From: Azolla caroliniana
Lineage: Eukaryota > Plantae > Polypodiophyta
Length of the DNA stretch: 64,000 nucleotides
Reading direction: 5' to 3'
NCBI GenBank assembly: GCA_043228905.1
Contig: JBHGNT010000042.1
Span: 157,959 to 221,958, forward strand
The position numbers were made by a program, and so were the translations under genes. Below the pieces are notes generated by a model. That model made no database searches and had not been told where the DNA came from. It worked only from the letters and a program-made list of their open reading frames with translations. Positions 38,901 to 53,000 of this stretch are shown here, piece after piece; the stretch's first letter is position 1, and each line of letters opens with the position of its first letter.

Positions 38901-41900
38901 GAAGATCGCGTTAGTAAATTAAAATGTTCATACCTGGCTCGTGTGATCTCGGATTTTTGTGTTCAAACATGCGAATCGAAGCTAATAACGCTATCTCTGA
39001 TATGAAAATAAAAAATCAAGATTTTGAAACTCAGGTCGAGAGACATGAATAAATTAGCAAATTTGAGGAGGGAGTGGACAAGAGCAACTAGGTAAATTAA
39101 AATGTTCATACCTGGCTCCTGTGATATCGGATTTATGTGTTCAAACATGCGAATCGAAGCTAATAACGGTATCTCTTATATGGAATTAAGAAATCAAGAT
39201 TTTGAAACTCACCTCGAGAGACATGAAGAAAGTAGCAAATTTGAGGAGGTAGTAGAGAAGAGCGCGTTAGTAAATTAAAATGTTCATACCTGGCTCGTGT
39301 GATATTGGATTTCTGTGTTTAAAAATGCGAATCGAAGCTAACAACGTTAGCTCTGATATCAAAATATAAAATCAAGATTTTGAAACTCAGGTCGAGAGAC
39401 ATGAAGAAATTAGCAAATTTGAGGGAGTTTAGAAGAGCGCGTTAGTAAATTAAAATGTTCATACCTGGTTTCTGTGACATTGGATTTCTTTGTTCAAACA
39501 TGCGAATCGAAGCTAACAACGCTTGCTATAATATGGAGTAAAAAAATCATGATTTTGAAACTCAGGTCGAGAGACATGAATAAATTAGCAAATTTGAGGA
39601 GGGAGTTGACAAGAGCAACTAGGTAAATTAAAATGTTCATACCTGGCTCCTGTGATATCGGATTTATGTGTTCAAAATAACACTATCTCTTATATGGAAT
39701 TAAAAAATCAAGATTTTGAAACTCACCTTGAGAGACATGAAGAAATTAGCAAATTTGAGGAGGTAGTGGAGAAGAGCGCGTTAGTAAATTAAAATGTTCA
39801 TACCTGGCTCGTGTGATATCGGATTTCTGTAATTAAAAATGCGAATCGAAGCTAACAACGCTAGCTCTAATACGGTATTAAAAAATCAAGATTTTGAAAC
39901 TCAGGTCGAGAGACATGAAGAAATTAGCAAATATGAGGCGGGAGTTGACAAGACCAAGTAGGTAAATTAAAATTTTGATACCTGGCTCGTGTGATATCCG
40001 ATTTCTGTGTTTTAAAATGCGAATCGAAGCTAACAACGCTAGCTCGAATATGAAATTAAAAAATCAAGATTTTGAAACTCAGGTCGAGAGACATGAAGAA
40101 ATTAGCAAATTTGAGGCGGGAGTGGACAAGAGCAACTAGGTAAATTAAAATGTTCATACCTGGCTCCTGTGATATCGGATTTATGTGTTCAAACATGCGA
40201 ATCGAAGCTAATAACACTATCTCTAATATGGAATTAAAAAATCAAGATTTTGAAACTCAGGTCGAAAGACATGAAGAAATTAGCAAATTTGAGGAGGTAG
40301 TGGAGAAGATCGCGTTAGTAAATTAAAATGTTCAGACCTGGCTCGTGTGATCTCGGATTTTTGTGTTCAAACATGCGAATCGAAGCTAATAACGCTATCT
40401 CTGATATGAAAATAAAAAATCAAGATTTTGAAACTCAGGTCGAGAGACATGAAGAAATTAGCAAATTTGAGGAGGGAGTTTAGAAGAGCGCGTTAGTAAA
40501 TTAAAATGTTCCTACCTGGCTTCTGTGACATTGGATTTCTGTGTTCAAACATGCGAATCGAAGTTAACAACGCTTGCTATAATATGGAGTAAAAAAATCA
40601 AGATTTTGAAACTCAGGTCGAGAGACATGAATAAATTAGCAAATTTGAGGCGGGAGTGGACAAGAGCAACTAGGTAAATTAAAATGTTCATACCTGGCTC
40701 CTGTGATATCGGATTTCTGTGTTCAAACCTGCGAATCGAAGCTAATAACGCTAGCTCCGATATGGAATTAAAAAATCAAGATTTTGAAACTCACCTCTCG
40801 AGAGATGAAGAAATTAGCAAATTTGAGGAGGTAGTGGAGAAGAGCGCGTTAGTAAATTAAAATGTTGATACCTGGCTCGTGTGATATCGGATTTCTGTGT
40901 TTAAAAATGCGAATCGAAGCTAACAACGCTAGCTCTGATATGGAATGAAAAAATCAAGATTTTGAAACTCAGGTCGAGAGACATGAATAAATTAGCAAAT
41001 TTGAGGAGGGAGTGGACAAGAGCAACTAGGTAAATTAAAATGTTCATACCTGGCTCCTGTGATATCGGATTTCTGTGTTCAAACCTGCGAATCGAAGCTA
41101 ATAACGCTAGCTCTGATATGGAATTAAAAAATCAAGATTTTGAAACTGAGGTCGACAGAAATGAAGAAATTAGCAAATTTGAGGAGGTAGTGGAGAAGAG
41201 CGCGTTAGTAAATTAAAATGTTCATACCTGGCTCGTGTGATATCGGATTTTTATGTTTAAACATGCGAATCGAAGCTAATAACGCTATCTCTGATATCAA
41301 AATATAAAATCAAGATTTTGAAACTCAGGTCGAGAGAAATGAAGAAAGTAGCAAATTTGAGGAGGTAGTGGAGAAGAGCGCGTTAGTAAATTAAAATGTT
41401 CATACCTGGCTCGTGTGATATCGGATTTCTGTCTTTAAAAATGCGAATCGAAGCTAACAACGCTAGCTCTAATACGGAATTAAAAAATCAAGATTTTGAG
41501 ACTCAGGTCGAGAGACATGAAGAAATTAGCAAATATGAGGCGGGAGTTGACAAGACCAAGTAGGTAAATTAAAATGTTCATACCTGGCTCGTGTGATATC
41601 GGATTTTTATGTTTAAGCATGCGAATCGAAGCTAATAACGCTATCTTTGATATGGAATTAAAAAATCAAGATTTTGAAACTCACCTCGAGAGACATGAAG
41701 AAAGTAGCAAATTTGAGGAGGTCGTGGAGAAGAGCGCGTTAGTAAATTAAAATGTTCATACCTGGCTCGTGTGATATCGGATTTTTATGTTTAAACATGC
41801 GAATCGAAGCTAATAACGCTATCTCTGATATGAAAATAAAAAATCAAGATTTTGAAACTCAGGTCGAGAGACATGAAGAAATTAGCAAATTTGAGGAGGG

Positions 41901-42528
41901 AGTTTAGAAGAGCGCGTTAGTAAATTAAAATGTTCATACCTGGCTTCTGTGACATTGGATTTCTGTGTTCAAACATGCGAATCGAAGCTAACAACGCTTG
42001 CTATAATATGGAGTAAAAAAATCATGATTTTGAAACTCAGGTCGAGAGACATGAATAAATTAGCAAATTTGAGGCGGGAGTGGACAAGAGCAACTAGGTA
42101 AATTAAAATGTTCATACCTGGCTCCTGTGATATCGGATTTATGTGTTCAAACATGCGAATCGAAGCTAATAACACTATCTCTAATATGGAATTAAAAAAT
42201 CAAGATTTTGAAACTCAGGTCGAAAGACATGAAGAAATTAGCAAATTTGAGGAGCTAGTGGAGAAGATCGCGTTAGTAAATTAAAATGTTCATACCTGGC
42301 TCGTGTGATCTCGGATTTTTGTGTTCAAACATGCGAATCGAAGCTAATAACGCTATCTCTGATATGAAAATAAAAAATCAAGATTTTGAAACTCAGGTCG
42401 AGAGACATGAATAAATTAGCAAATTTGAGGAGGGAGTGGACAAGAGCAACTAGGTAAATTAAAATGTTCATACCTGGCTCCTGTGATATCGGATTTATGT
42501 GTTCAAACATGCGAATCGAAGCTAATAA
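35660..42528 (+). repeat. 19-monomer HOR (3362 bp), 2 copies
   Basis: ORFs 38607/41969 and 38963/42325 are 3362 apart (19x178-20). A 17-bp deletion ('caaaataacac' at 36311 and 39673) plus a 3-bp deletion account for the 20 bp. 'ctctcgagag' lies at 37433 and 40795. Confidence 0.92.
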
Positions 42529-44049
42529 CACTATCTCTAATATGGAATTATAAAATCAAGATTTTGAAACTCAGGTCGAAAGACATGAAGAAATTAGCAA
42601 ATTTGAGGAGGTAGTGGAGAAGATCGCGTTAGTAAATTAAAATGTTCATACCTGGCTCGTGTGATCTCGGATTTTTGTGTTCAAACATGCGAATCGAAGC
42701 TAATAACGCTATCTCTGATATGAAAATAAAAAATCAAGATTTTGAAACTCAGGTCGAGAGACATGAAGAAATTAGCAAATTTGAGGAGGGAGTTTAGAAG
42801 AGCGCATTAGTAAATTAAAATGTTCATACCTGGCTCCTGTGATATCGGATTTCTGTGTTCAAACATGCGAATCGAAGCTAATAACGCTAGCTCTGATATG
42901 GAATGAAAAAATCAAGATTTTGAAACTCACCTCGAGAGAGATGAAGAAATTAGCAAATTTGAGGAGGTAGTGGAGAAGAGCGCGTTAGTAAATTAAAATG
43001 TTCATACCTGGCTCGTGTGATATCGGATTTCTGTGTTCAAACATGCGAATCGAAGCTAATAACACTATCTCTAATATGGAATTAAAAAATCAAGATTTTG
43101 AAACTCAGGTCGAAAGACATGAAGAAATTAGCAAATTTGAGGAGGTAGTGGAGAAGATCGCGTTAGTAAATTAAAATGTTCATACCTGGCTCGTGTGATC
43201 TCGGATTTTTGTGTTCAAACATGCGAATAGAAGCTAATAACGCTATCTCTGATATGAAAATAAAAAATCAAGATTTTTAAACTCACCTCGAGAGAGATGA
43301 AGAAATTAGCAAATTTGAGGAGGTAGTGGAGAAGAGCGCGTTAGTAAATTAAAATGTTCATACCTGGCTCGTGTGATATCGGATTTCTGTGTTTAAACAT
43401 GCGAATCGAAGCTAACAACGCTAGCTCTGATATGGAATGAAGAAATCAAGATTTTGAAACTCAGGTCGAGAGACATGAATAAATTAGCAAATTTGAGGCG
43501 GGAGTTGACAAGAGCAACTAGGTAAATTAAAATGTTCATACCTGGCTCCTGTGATATCGGATTTCTGTGTTCAAACATGCGAATCGAAGCTAATAACGCT
43601 AGCTCTGATATGGAATTAAAAAATGAAGATTTTTAAACTCACCTCGAGAGAGATGAAGAAATTAGCAAATTTGAGGAGGTAGTGGAGAAGAGCGCGTTAG
43701 TAAATTAAAATGTTCATACCTGGCTCGTGTGATATCGGATTTCTGTGTTCAAACATGCGAATCGAAGCTAATAACGCTAGTTCTGATATGGAATTAAAAA
43801 ATCAAGATTTTGAAACTCAGGTCGACAAACATGAAGAAATTAGCAAATTTGAGGAGGTCGTGGAGAAGAGCGCGTTAGTAAATTAAAATGTTCATACCTG
43901 GCTCGTGTGATATCGGATTTTTATGTTTAAACATGCGAATCGAAGCTAATAACGCTATCTCTGATATGAAAATAAAAAATCAAGATTTTGAAACTCAGGT
44001 CGAGAGACATGAAGAAATTAGCAAATTTGAGGAGGGAGTTTACAAGAGC

Positions 44050-47000
44050 GCGTTAGTAAATTAAAATGTTCATACCTGGCTTCTGTGACATTGGATTTCT
44101 GTGTTCAAACATGCGAATCGAAGTTAACAACGCTTGCTATAATATGGAGTAAAAAAATCAAGATTTTGAAACTCAAGTCGAGAGACATGAATAAATTAGC
44201 AAATTTGAGGCGGGAGTGGACAAGAGCAACTAGGTAAATTAAAATGTTCATACCTGGCTACTGTGATATCGGATTTATGTGTTCAAACATGTGAATCGAA
44301 GCTAATAACACTATCTCTAATATGGAATTAAAAAATCAAGATTTTGAAACTCAGGTCGAAAGACATGAAGAAATTAGCAAATTTTTAGGAGGTAGTGGAG
44401 AAGATCGCGTTAGTAAATTAAAATGTTCATACCTGGCTCGTGTGATCTCGGATTTTTGTGTTCAAACATGCGAATCGAAGCTAATAACGCTATCTCTGAT
44501 ATGAAAATAAAAAATCAAGATTTTGCAACTCAGGTCGAGAGACATGAAGAAATTAGCAAATTTGAGGAGGGAGTTTAGAAGAGCGCGTTAGTAAATTAAA
44601 ATGTTCATACCTGGCTTCTGTGACATTGGATTTCTGTGTTCAAACATGGGAATCGAAGTTAACAACGCTTGCTATAATATGGAGTAAAAAAATCAAGATT
44701 TTGAAACTCAGATCGAGAGACATGAATAAATTAGCAAATTTGAGGCGGGAGTGGACAAGAGCAACTAGGTAAATTAAAATGTTCATACCTGGCTCCTGTG
44801 ATATCGGATTTCTGTGTTCAAACCTGCGAATCGAAGCTAATAACGCTAGCTCCGATATGGAATTAAAAAATCAAGATTTTGAAACTCACCTCGAGAGAGA
44901 TGAAGAAATTAGCAAATTTGAGGAGGTAGTGGAGAAGAGCGCGTTAGTAAATTAAAATGTTCATACCTGGCTCGTGTGATATCGGATTTCTGTGTTTAAA
45001 AATGCGAATCGAAGCTAACAACGCTAGCTCTGATAAGGAATGAAAAAATCAAGATTTTGAAACTCAGGTCGAGAGACATGAATAAATTAGCAAATTTGAG
45101 GAGGGAGTGGACGAGAGCAACTAGGTAAATTGAAATGTTCATACCTGGCTCCTGTGATATCGGATTTCTGTGTTCAAACCTGCGAATCGAAGCTAATAAC
45201 GCTAGCTCTGATATGGAATTAAAAAATCAAGATTTTGAAACTGAGGTCGACAGAAATGAAGAAATTAGCAAATTTGAGGAGGTAGTGGAGAAGAGCGCGT
45301 TAGTAAATAAAAATGTTCATACCTGGCTCGTGTGATATCGGATTTCTGTGTTTAAAAATGCGAATCGAAGCTAACAACGCTAGCTCTGATATGGAATGAA
45401 AAAATCAAGATTTTGAAACTCAGGTCGAGAGACATGAATAAATTAGCAAATTTGAGGAGGGAGTGGACAAGAGCAACTAGGTAAATTAAAATGTTCATAC
45501 CTGGCTCCTGTGATATCGGATTTATGTGTTCAAACATGCGAATCGAAGCTAATAACACTATCTCTAATATGGAATTAAAAAATCAAGATTTTGAAACTCA
45601 GGTCGAAAGACATGAAGAAATTAGCAAATTTGAGGAGGTAGTGGAGAAGATCGCGTTAGTAAATTAAAATGTTCATACCTGGCTCGTGTGATCTCGGATT
45701 TTTGTGTTCAAACATGCGAATAGAAGCTAATAACGCTATCTCTGATATGAAAATAAAAAATCAAGATTTTGAAACTCAGGTCGAGAGACATGAAGAAATT
45801 AGCAAATTTGAGGAGGGAGTTTAGAAGAGCGCATTAGTAAATTAAAATGTTCATACCTGGCTTCTGTGACATTGGATTTCTGTGTTCAAACATGCGAATC
45901 GAAGTTAACAACGCTTGCTATAATATGGAGTAAAAAAATCAAGATTTTGAAACTCAGGTCGAGAGACATGAATAAATTAGCAAATTTGAGGCGGGAGTGG
46001 ACAAGAGCAACTAGGTAAATTAAAATGTTCATACCTGGCTCCTGTGATATCGGATTTATATGTTCAAACATGTGAATCGAAGCTAATAACACTATCTCTA
46101 ATATGGAATTAAAAAATCAAGATTTTGAAACTCAGGTCGAAAGACATGAAGAAATTAGCAAATTTGAGGAGGTAGTGGAGAAGATCGCGTTAGTAAATTA
46201 AAATGTTCATACCTGGCTCGTGTGATCTCGGATTTTTGTGTTCAAACATGCGAATCGAAGCTAATAACGCTATCTCTGATATGAAAATAAAAAATCAAGA
46301 TTTTGCAACTCAGGTCGAGAGACATGAAGAAATTAGCAAATTTGAGGAGGGAGTTTAGAAGAGCGCGTTAGTAAATTAAAATGTTCATACCTGGCTTCTG
46401 TGACATTGGATTTCTGTGTTCAAACATGGGAATCGAAGTTAACAACGCTTGCTATAATATGGAGTAAAAAAATCAAGATTTTGAAACTCAGGTCGAGAGA
46501 CATGAATAAATTAGCAAATTTGAGGCGGGAGTGGACAAGAGCAACTAGGTGAATTAAAATGTTCATACCTGGCTCCTGTGATATCGGATTTCTGTGTTCA
46601 AACCTGCGAATCGAAGCTAATAACGCTAGCTCCGATATGGAATTAAAAAATCAAGATTTTGAAACTCACCTCGAGAGAGATGAAGAAATTAGCAAATTTG
46701 AGGAGGTAGTGGAGAAGAGCGCGTTAGTAAATTAAAATGTTCATACCTGGCTCGTGTGATATCGGATTTCTGTGTTTAAAAATGCGAATCGAAGCTAACA
46801 ACGCTAGCTCTGATATGGAATGAAAAAATCAAGATTTTGAAACTCAGGTCGAGAGACATGAATAAATTAGCAAATTTGAGGAGGGAGTGGACGAGAGCAA
46901 CTAGGTAAATTGAAATGTTCATACCTGGCTCCTGTGATATCGGATTTCTGTGTTCAAACCTGCGAATCGAAGCTAATAACGCTAGCTCTGATATGGAATT

Positions 47001-50000
47001 AAAAAATCAAGATTTTGAAACTGAGGTCGACAGAAATGAAGAAATTAGCAAATTTGAGGAGGTAGTGGAGAAGAGCGCGCTAGTAAATAAAAATGTTCAT
47101 ACCTGGCTCGTGTGATATCGGATTTCTGTGTTTAAAAATGCGAATCGAAGCTAACAACGCTAGCTCTGATATGGAATTAAAAAATCAAGATTTTGAAACT
47201 CAGGTCGAGAGACATGAATAAATTAGCAAATTTGAGGAGGGAGTGGACAAGAGCAACTAGGTAAATTAAAATGTTCATACCTGGCTCCTGTGATATCGGA
47301 TTTATGTGTTCAAACATGCGAATCGAAGCTAATAACACTATCTCTAATATGGAATTAAAAAATCAAGATTTTGAAACTCAGGTCGAAAGACATGAAGAAA
47401 TTAGCAAATTTGAGGAGGTAGTGGAGAAGATCGCGTTAGTAAATTAAAATGTTCATACCTGGCTCGTGTGATCTCGGATTTTTGTGTTCAAACATGCGAA
47501 TAGAAGCTAATAACGCTATCTCTGATATGAAAATAAAAAATCAAGATTTTGAAACTCAGGTCGAGAGACATGAAGAAATTAGCAAATTTGAGGAGGGAGT
47601 TTAGAAGAGCGCGTTAGTAAATTAAAATGTTCATACCTGGCTTCTGTGACATTGGATTTCTGTGTTCAAACATGCGAATCGAAGTTAACAACGCTTGTTA
47701 TAATATGGAGTAAAAAAATCAAGATTTTGAAACTCAGGTCGAGAGACATGAATAAATTAGCAAATTTGAGGCGGGAGTGGACAAGAGCAACTAGGTAAAT
47801 TAAAATGTTCATACCTGGCTCCTGTGATATCGGATTTATGTGTTCAAACATGCGAATCGAAGCTAATAACACTATCTCTAATATGGAATTAAAAAATCAA
47901 GATTTTGAAACTCAGGTCGAAAGACATGAAGGAATTAGCAAATTTGAGGAGGTAGTGGAGAAGATCGCGTTAGTAAATTAAAATGTTCATACCTGGCTCG
48001 TGTGATCTCGGATTTTTGTGTTCAAACATGCGAATCGAAGCTAATAACGCTATCTCTGATATGAAAATAAAAAATCAAGATTTTGAAACTCAGGTCGAGA
48101 GACATGAAGAAATTAGCAAATTTGAGGAGGGAGTTTAGAAGAGCGCGTTAGTAAATTAAAATGTTCATACCTGGCTTCTGTGACATTGGATTTCTGTGTT
48201 CAAACATGCGAATCGAAGTTAACAACGCTTGTTATAATATGGAGTAAAAAAATCAAGATTTTGAAACTCAGGTCGAGAGACATGAATAAATTAGCAAATT
48301 TGAGGCGGGAGTGGACAAGAGCAACTAGGTAAATTAAAATGTTCATACCTGGCTCCTGTGATATCGGATTTATGTGTTCAAACATGCGAATCGAAGCTAA
48401 TAACACTATCTCTAATATGGAATTAAAAAATCAAGATTTTGAAACTCAGGTCGAAAGACATGAAGAAATTAGCAAATTTGAGGAGGTAGTGGAGAAGATC
48501 GCGTTAGTAAATTAAAATGTTCATACCTGGCTCGTGTGATCTCGGATTTCTGTGTTCAAACATGCGAATCGAAGCTAATAACGCTATCTCTGATATGAAA
48601 ATAAAAAATCAAGATTTTGAAACTCAGGTCGAGAGACATGAAGAAATTAGCAAATTTGAGGAGGGAGTTTAGAAGAGCGCGTTAGTAAATTAAAATGTTC
48701 ATACCTGGCTTCTGTGACATTGGATTTCTGTGTTCAAACATGGGAATCGAAGTTAACAACGCTTGCTATAATATGGAGTAAAAAAATCAAGATTTTGAAA
48801 CTCAGGTCGAGAGACATGAATAAATTAGCAAATTTGAGGCGGGAGTGGACAAGAGCAACTAGGTAAATTAAAATGTTCATACCTGGCTCCTGTGATATCG
48901 GATTTCTGTGTTCAAACCTGCGAATCGAAGCTAATAACGCTAGCTCCGATATGGAATTAAAAAATCAAGATTTTGAAACTCACCTCGAGAGAGATGAAGA
49001 AATTAGCAAATTTGAGGAGGTAGTGGAGAAGAGCGCGTTAGTAAATTAAAATGGTCATACCTGGCTCGTGTGATATCGGATTTCTGTGTTTAAAAATGCG
49101 AATCGAAGCTAACAACGCTAGCTCTGAAACGGAATGAAAAAATCAAGATTTTGAAACTTAGGTCGAGAGACATGAATAAATTAGCAAATTTGAGGAGGGA
49201 GTGGACGAGAGCAACTAGGTAAATTGAAATGTTCATACCTGGCTCCTGTGATATCGGATTTCTGTGTTCAAACCTGCGAATCGAAGCTAATAACGCTAGC
49301 TCTGATATGGAATTAAAAAATCAAGATTTTGAAACTGAGGTCGACAGAAATGAAGAAATTAGCAAATTTGAGGAGGTAGTGGAGAAGAGCGCGTTAGTAA
49401 ATTAAAATGTTCATACCTGGCTCGTGTGATATCGGATTTCTGTGTTTAAAAATGCGAATCGAAGCTAACAACGCTAGCTCTGATATGGAATTAAATAATC
49501 AAGATTTTGAAACTCACCTCGAGAGAGATGAAGAAATTAGCAAATTTGAGGAGGGAGTTTAGAAGAGCGCGTTAGTAAATTAAAATGTTCCTACCTGGCT
49601 TCTGTGACATTGGATTTCTGTGTTCAAACATGCGAATCGAAGTTAACAACGCTTGCTATAATATGGAGTAAAAAAATCAAGATTTTGAAACTCAGGTCGA
49701 GAGACATGAATAAATTAGCAAATTTGAGGCGGGAGTGGACAAGAGCAACTAGGTAAATTAAAATGTTCATACCTGGCTCCTGTGATATCGGATTTCTGTG
49801 TTCAAACCTGCGAATCGAAGCTAATAATGCTAGCTCCGATATGGAATTAAAAAATCAAGATTTTGAAACTCACCTCGAGAGAGATGAAGAAATTAGCAAA
49901 TTTGAGGAGGTAGTGGAGAAGAGCGCGTTAGTAAATTAAAATGTTCATACCTGGCTCGTGTGATATCGGATTTCTGTGTTCAAACATGCGAATCGAAGCT

Positions 50001-53000
50001 AATAACGCTAGTTCTGATATGGAATTAAAAAATCAAGATTTTGAAACTCAGGTCGACAAACATGAAGAAATTAGCAAATTTGAGGAGGTCGTGGAGAAGA
50101 GCGCGTTAGTAAATTAAAATGTTCATACCTGGCTCGTGTGATATCGGATTTTTATGTTTAAACATGCGAATCGAAGCTAATAACGCTATCTCTGATATGA
50201 AAATAAAAAATCAAGATTTTGAAACTCAGGTCGAGAGACATGAAGAAATTAGCAAATTTGAGGAGGGAGTTTACAAGAGCGCGTTAGTAAATTAAAATGT
50301 TCATACCTGGCTCCTGTGATATCGGATTTATGTGTTCAAACATGCGAATCGAAGCTAATAACACTATCTCTAATATGGAATTAAAAAATCAAGATTTTGA
50401 AACTCAGGTCGAAAGACATGAAGAAATTAGCAAATTTGAGGAGGCAGTGGAGAAGATCGCGTTAGTAAATTAAAATGTTCATACCTGGCTCGTGTGATCT
50501 CGGATTTTTGTGTTCAAACATGCGAATAGAAGCTAATAACGCTATCTCTGATATGAAAATAAAAAATCAAGATTTTGAAACTCAGGTCGAGAGACATGAA
50601 GAAATTAGCAAATTTGAGGAGGGAGTTTAGAAGAGCGCATTAGTAAATTAAAATGTTCATACCTGGCTTCTGTGACATTGGATTTCTGTGTTCAAACATG
50701 CGAATCGAAGTTAACAACGCTTGCTATAATATGGAGTAAAAAAATCAAGATTTTGAAACTCAGGTCGAGAGACATGAATAAATTAGCAAATTTGAGGCGG
50801 GAGTGGACAAGAGCAACTAGGTAAATTAAAATGTTCATACCTGGCTCCTGTGATATCGGATTTATATGTTCAAACATGTGAATCGAAGCTAATAACACTA
50901 TCTCTAATATGGAATTAAAAAATCAAGATTTTGAAACTCAGGTCGAAAGACATGAAGAAATTAGCAAATTTGAGGAGGTAGTGGAGAAGATCGCGTTAGT
51001 AAATTAAAATGTTCATACCTGGCTCGTGTGATCTCGGATTTTTGTGTTCAAACATGCGAATCGAAGCTAATAACGCTATCTCTGATATGAAAATAAAAAA
51101 TCAAGATTTTGCAACTCAGGTCGAGAGACATGAAGAAATTAGCAAATTTGAGGAGGGAGTTTAGAAGAGCGCGTTAGTAAATTAAAATGTTCATACCTGG
51201 CTTCTGTGACATTGGATTTCTGTGTTCAAACATGGGAATCGAAGTTAACAACGCTTGCTATAATATGGAGTAAAAAAATCAAGATTTTGAAACTCAGGTC
51301 GAGAGACATGAATAAATTAGCAAATTTGAGGCGGGAGTGGACAAGAGCAACTAGGTAAATTAAAATGTTCATACCTGGCTCCTGTGATATCGGATTTCTG
51401 TGTTCAAACCTGCGAATCGAAGCTAATAACGCTAGCTTCGATATGGAATTAAAAAATCAAGATTTTGAAACTCACCTCGAGAGAGATGAAGAAATTAGCA
51501 AATTTGAGGAGGTAGTGGAGAAGAGCGCGTTAGTAAATTAAAATGTTCATACCTGGCTCGTGTGATATCGGATTTCTGTGTTTAAAAATGCGAATCGAAG
51601 CTAACAACGCTAGCTCTGATATGGAATGAAAAAATCAAGATTTTGAAACTCAGGTCGAGAGACATGAATAAATTAGCAAATTTGAGGAGGGAGTGGACGA
51701 GAGCAACTAGGTAAATTGAAATGTTCATACCTGGCTCCTGTGATATCGGATTTCTGTGTTCAAACCTGCGAATCGAAGCTAATAACGCTAGCTCTGATAT
51801 GGAATTAAAAAATCAAGATTTTGAAACTGAGGTCGACAGAAATGAAGAAATTAGCAAATTTGAGGAGGTAGTGGAGAAGAGCGCGTTAGTAAATAAAAAT
51901 GTTCATACCTGGCTCGTGTGATATCGGATTTCTGTGTTTAAAAATGCGAATCGAAGCTAACAACGCTAGCTCTGATATGGAATCAAAAAATCAAGATTTT
52001 GAAACTCAGGTCGAGAGACATGAATAAATTAGCAAATTTGAGGAGGGAGTGGACAAGAGCAACTAGGTAAATTAAAATGTTCCTACCTGGCTCCTGTGAT
52101 ATCGGATTTATGTGTTCAAACATGCGAATCGAAGCTAATAACACTATCTCTAATATGGAATTAAAAAATCAAGATTTTGAAACTCAGGTCGAAAGACATG
52201 AAGAAATTAGCAAATTTGAGGAGGTAGTGGAGAAGATCGCGTTAGTAAATTAAAATGTTCATACCTGGCTCGTGTGATCTCGGATTTTTGTGTTCAAACA
52301 TGCGAATAGAAGCTAATAACGCTATCTCTGATATGAAAATAAAAAATCAAGATTTTGAAACTCAGGTCGAGAGACATGAAGAAATTAGCAAATTTGAGGA
52401 GGGAGTTTAGAAGAGCGCGTTAGTAAATTAAAATGTTCATACCTGGCTTCTGTGACATTGGATTTCTGTGTTCAAACATGCGAATCGAAGTTAACAACGC
52501 TTGTTATAATATGGAGTAAAAAAATCAAGATTTTGAAACTCAGGTCGAGAGACATGAATAAATTAGCAAATTTGAGGCGGGAGTGGACAAGAGCAACTAG
52601 GTAAATTAAAATGTTCATACCTGGCTCCTGTGATATCGGATTTATATGTTCAAACATGTGAATCGAAGCTAATAACACTATCTCTAATATGGAATTAAAA
52701 AATCAAGATTTTGAAACTCAGGTCGAAAGACATGAAGAAATTAGCAAATTTGAGGAGGTAGTGGAGAAGATCGCGTTAGTAAATTAAAATGTTCATACCT
52801 GGCTCGTGTGATCTCGGATTTTTGTGTTCAAACATGCGAATCGAAGCTAATAACGCTATCTCTGATATGAAAATAAAAAATCAAGATTTTGCAACTCAGG
52901 TCGAGAGACATGAAGAAATTAGCAAATTTGAGGAGGGAGTTTAGAAGAGCGCGTTAGTAAATTAAAATGTTCATACCTGGCTTCTGTGACATTGGATTTC

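Noticed and set aside
44378-44392. 'tttttagga' variant resembling an inserted telomere repeat
   Set aside because: It is explained by G>T plus a 1-bp T insertion in 'tttgagga'. It is a single incomplete motif, with no evidence of telomerase action.
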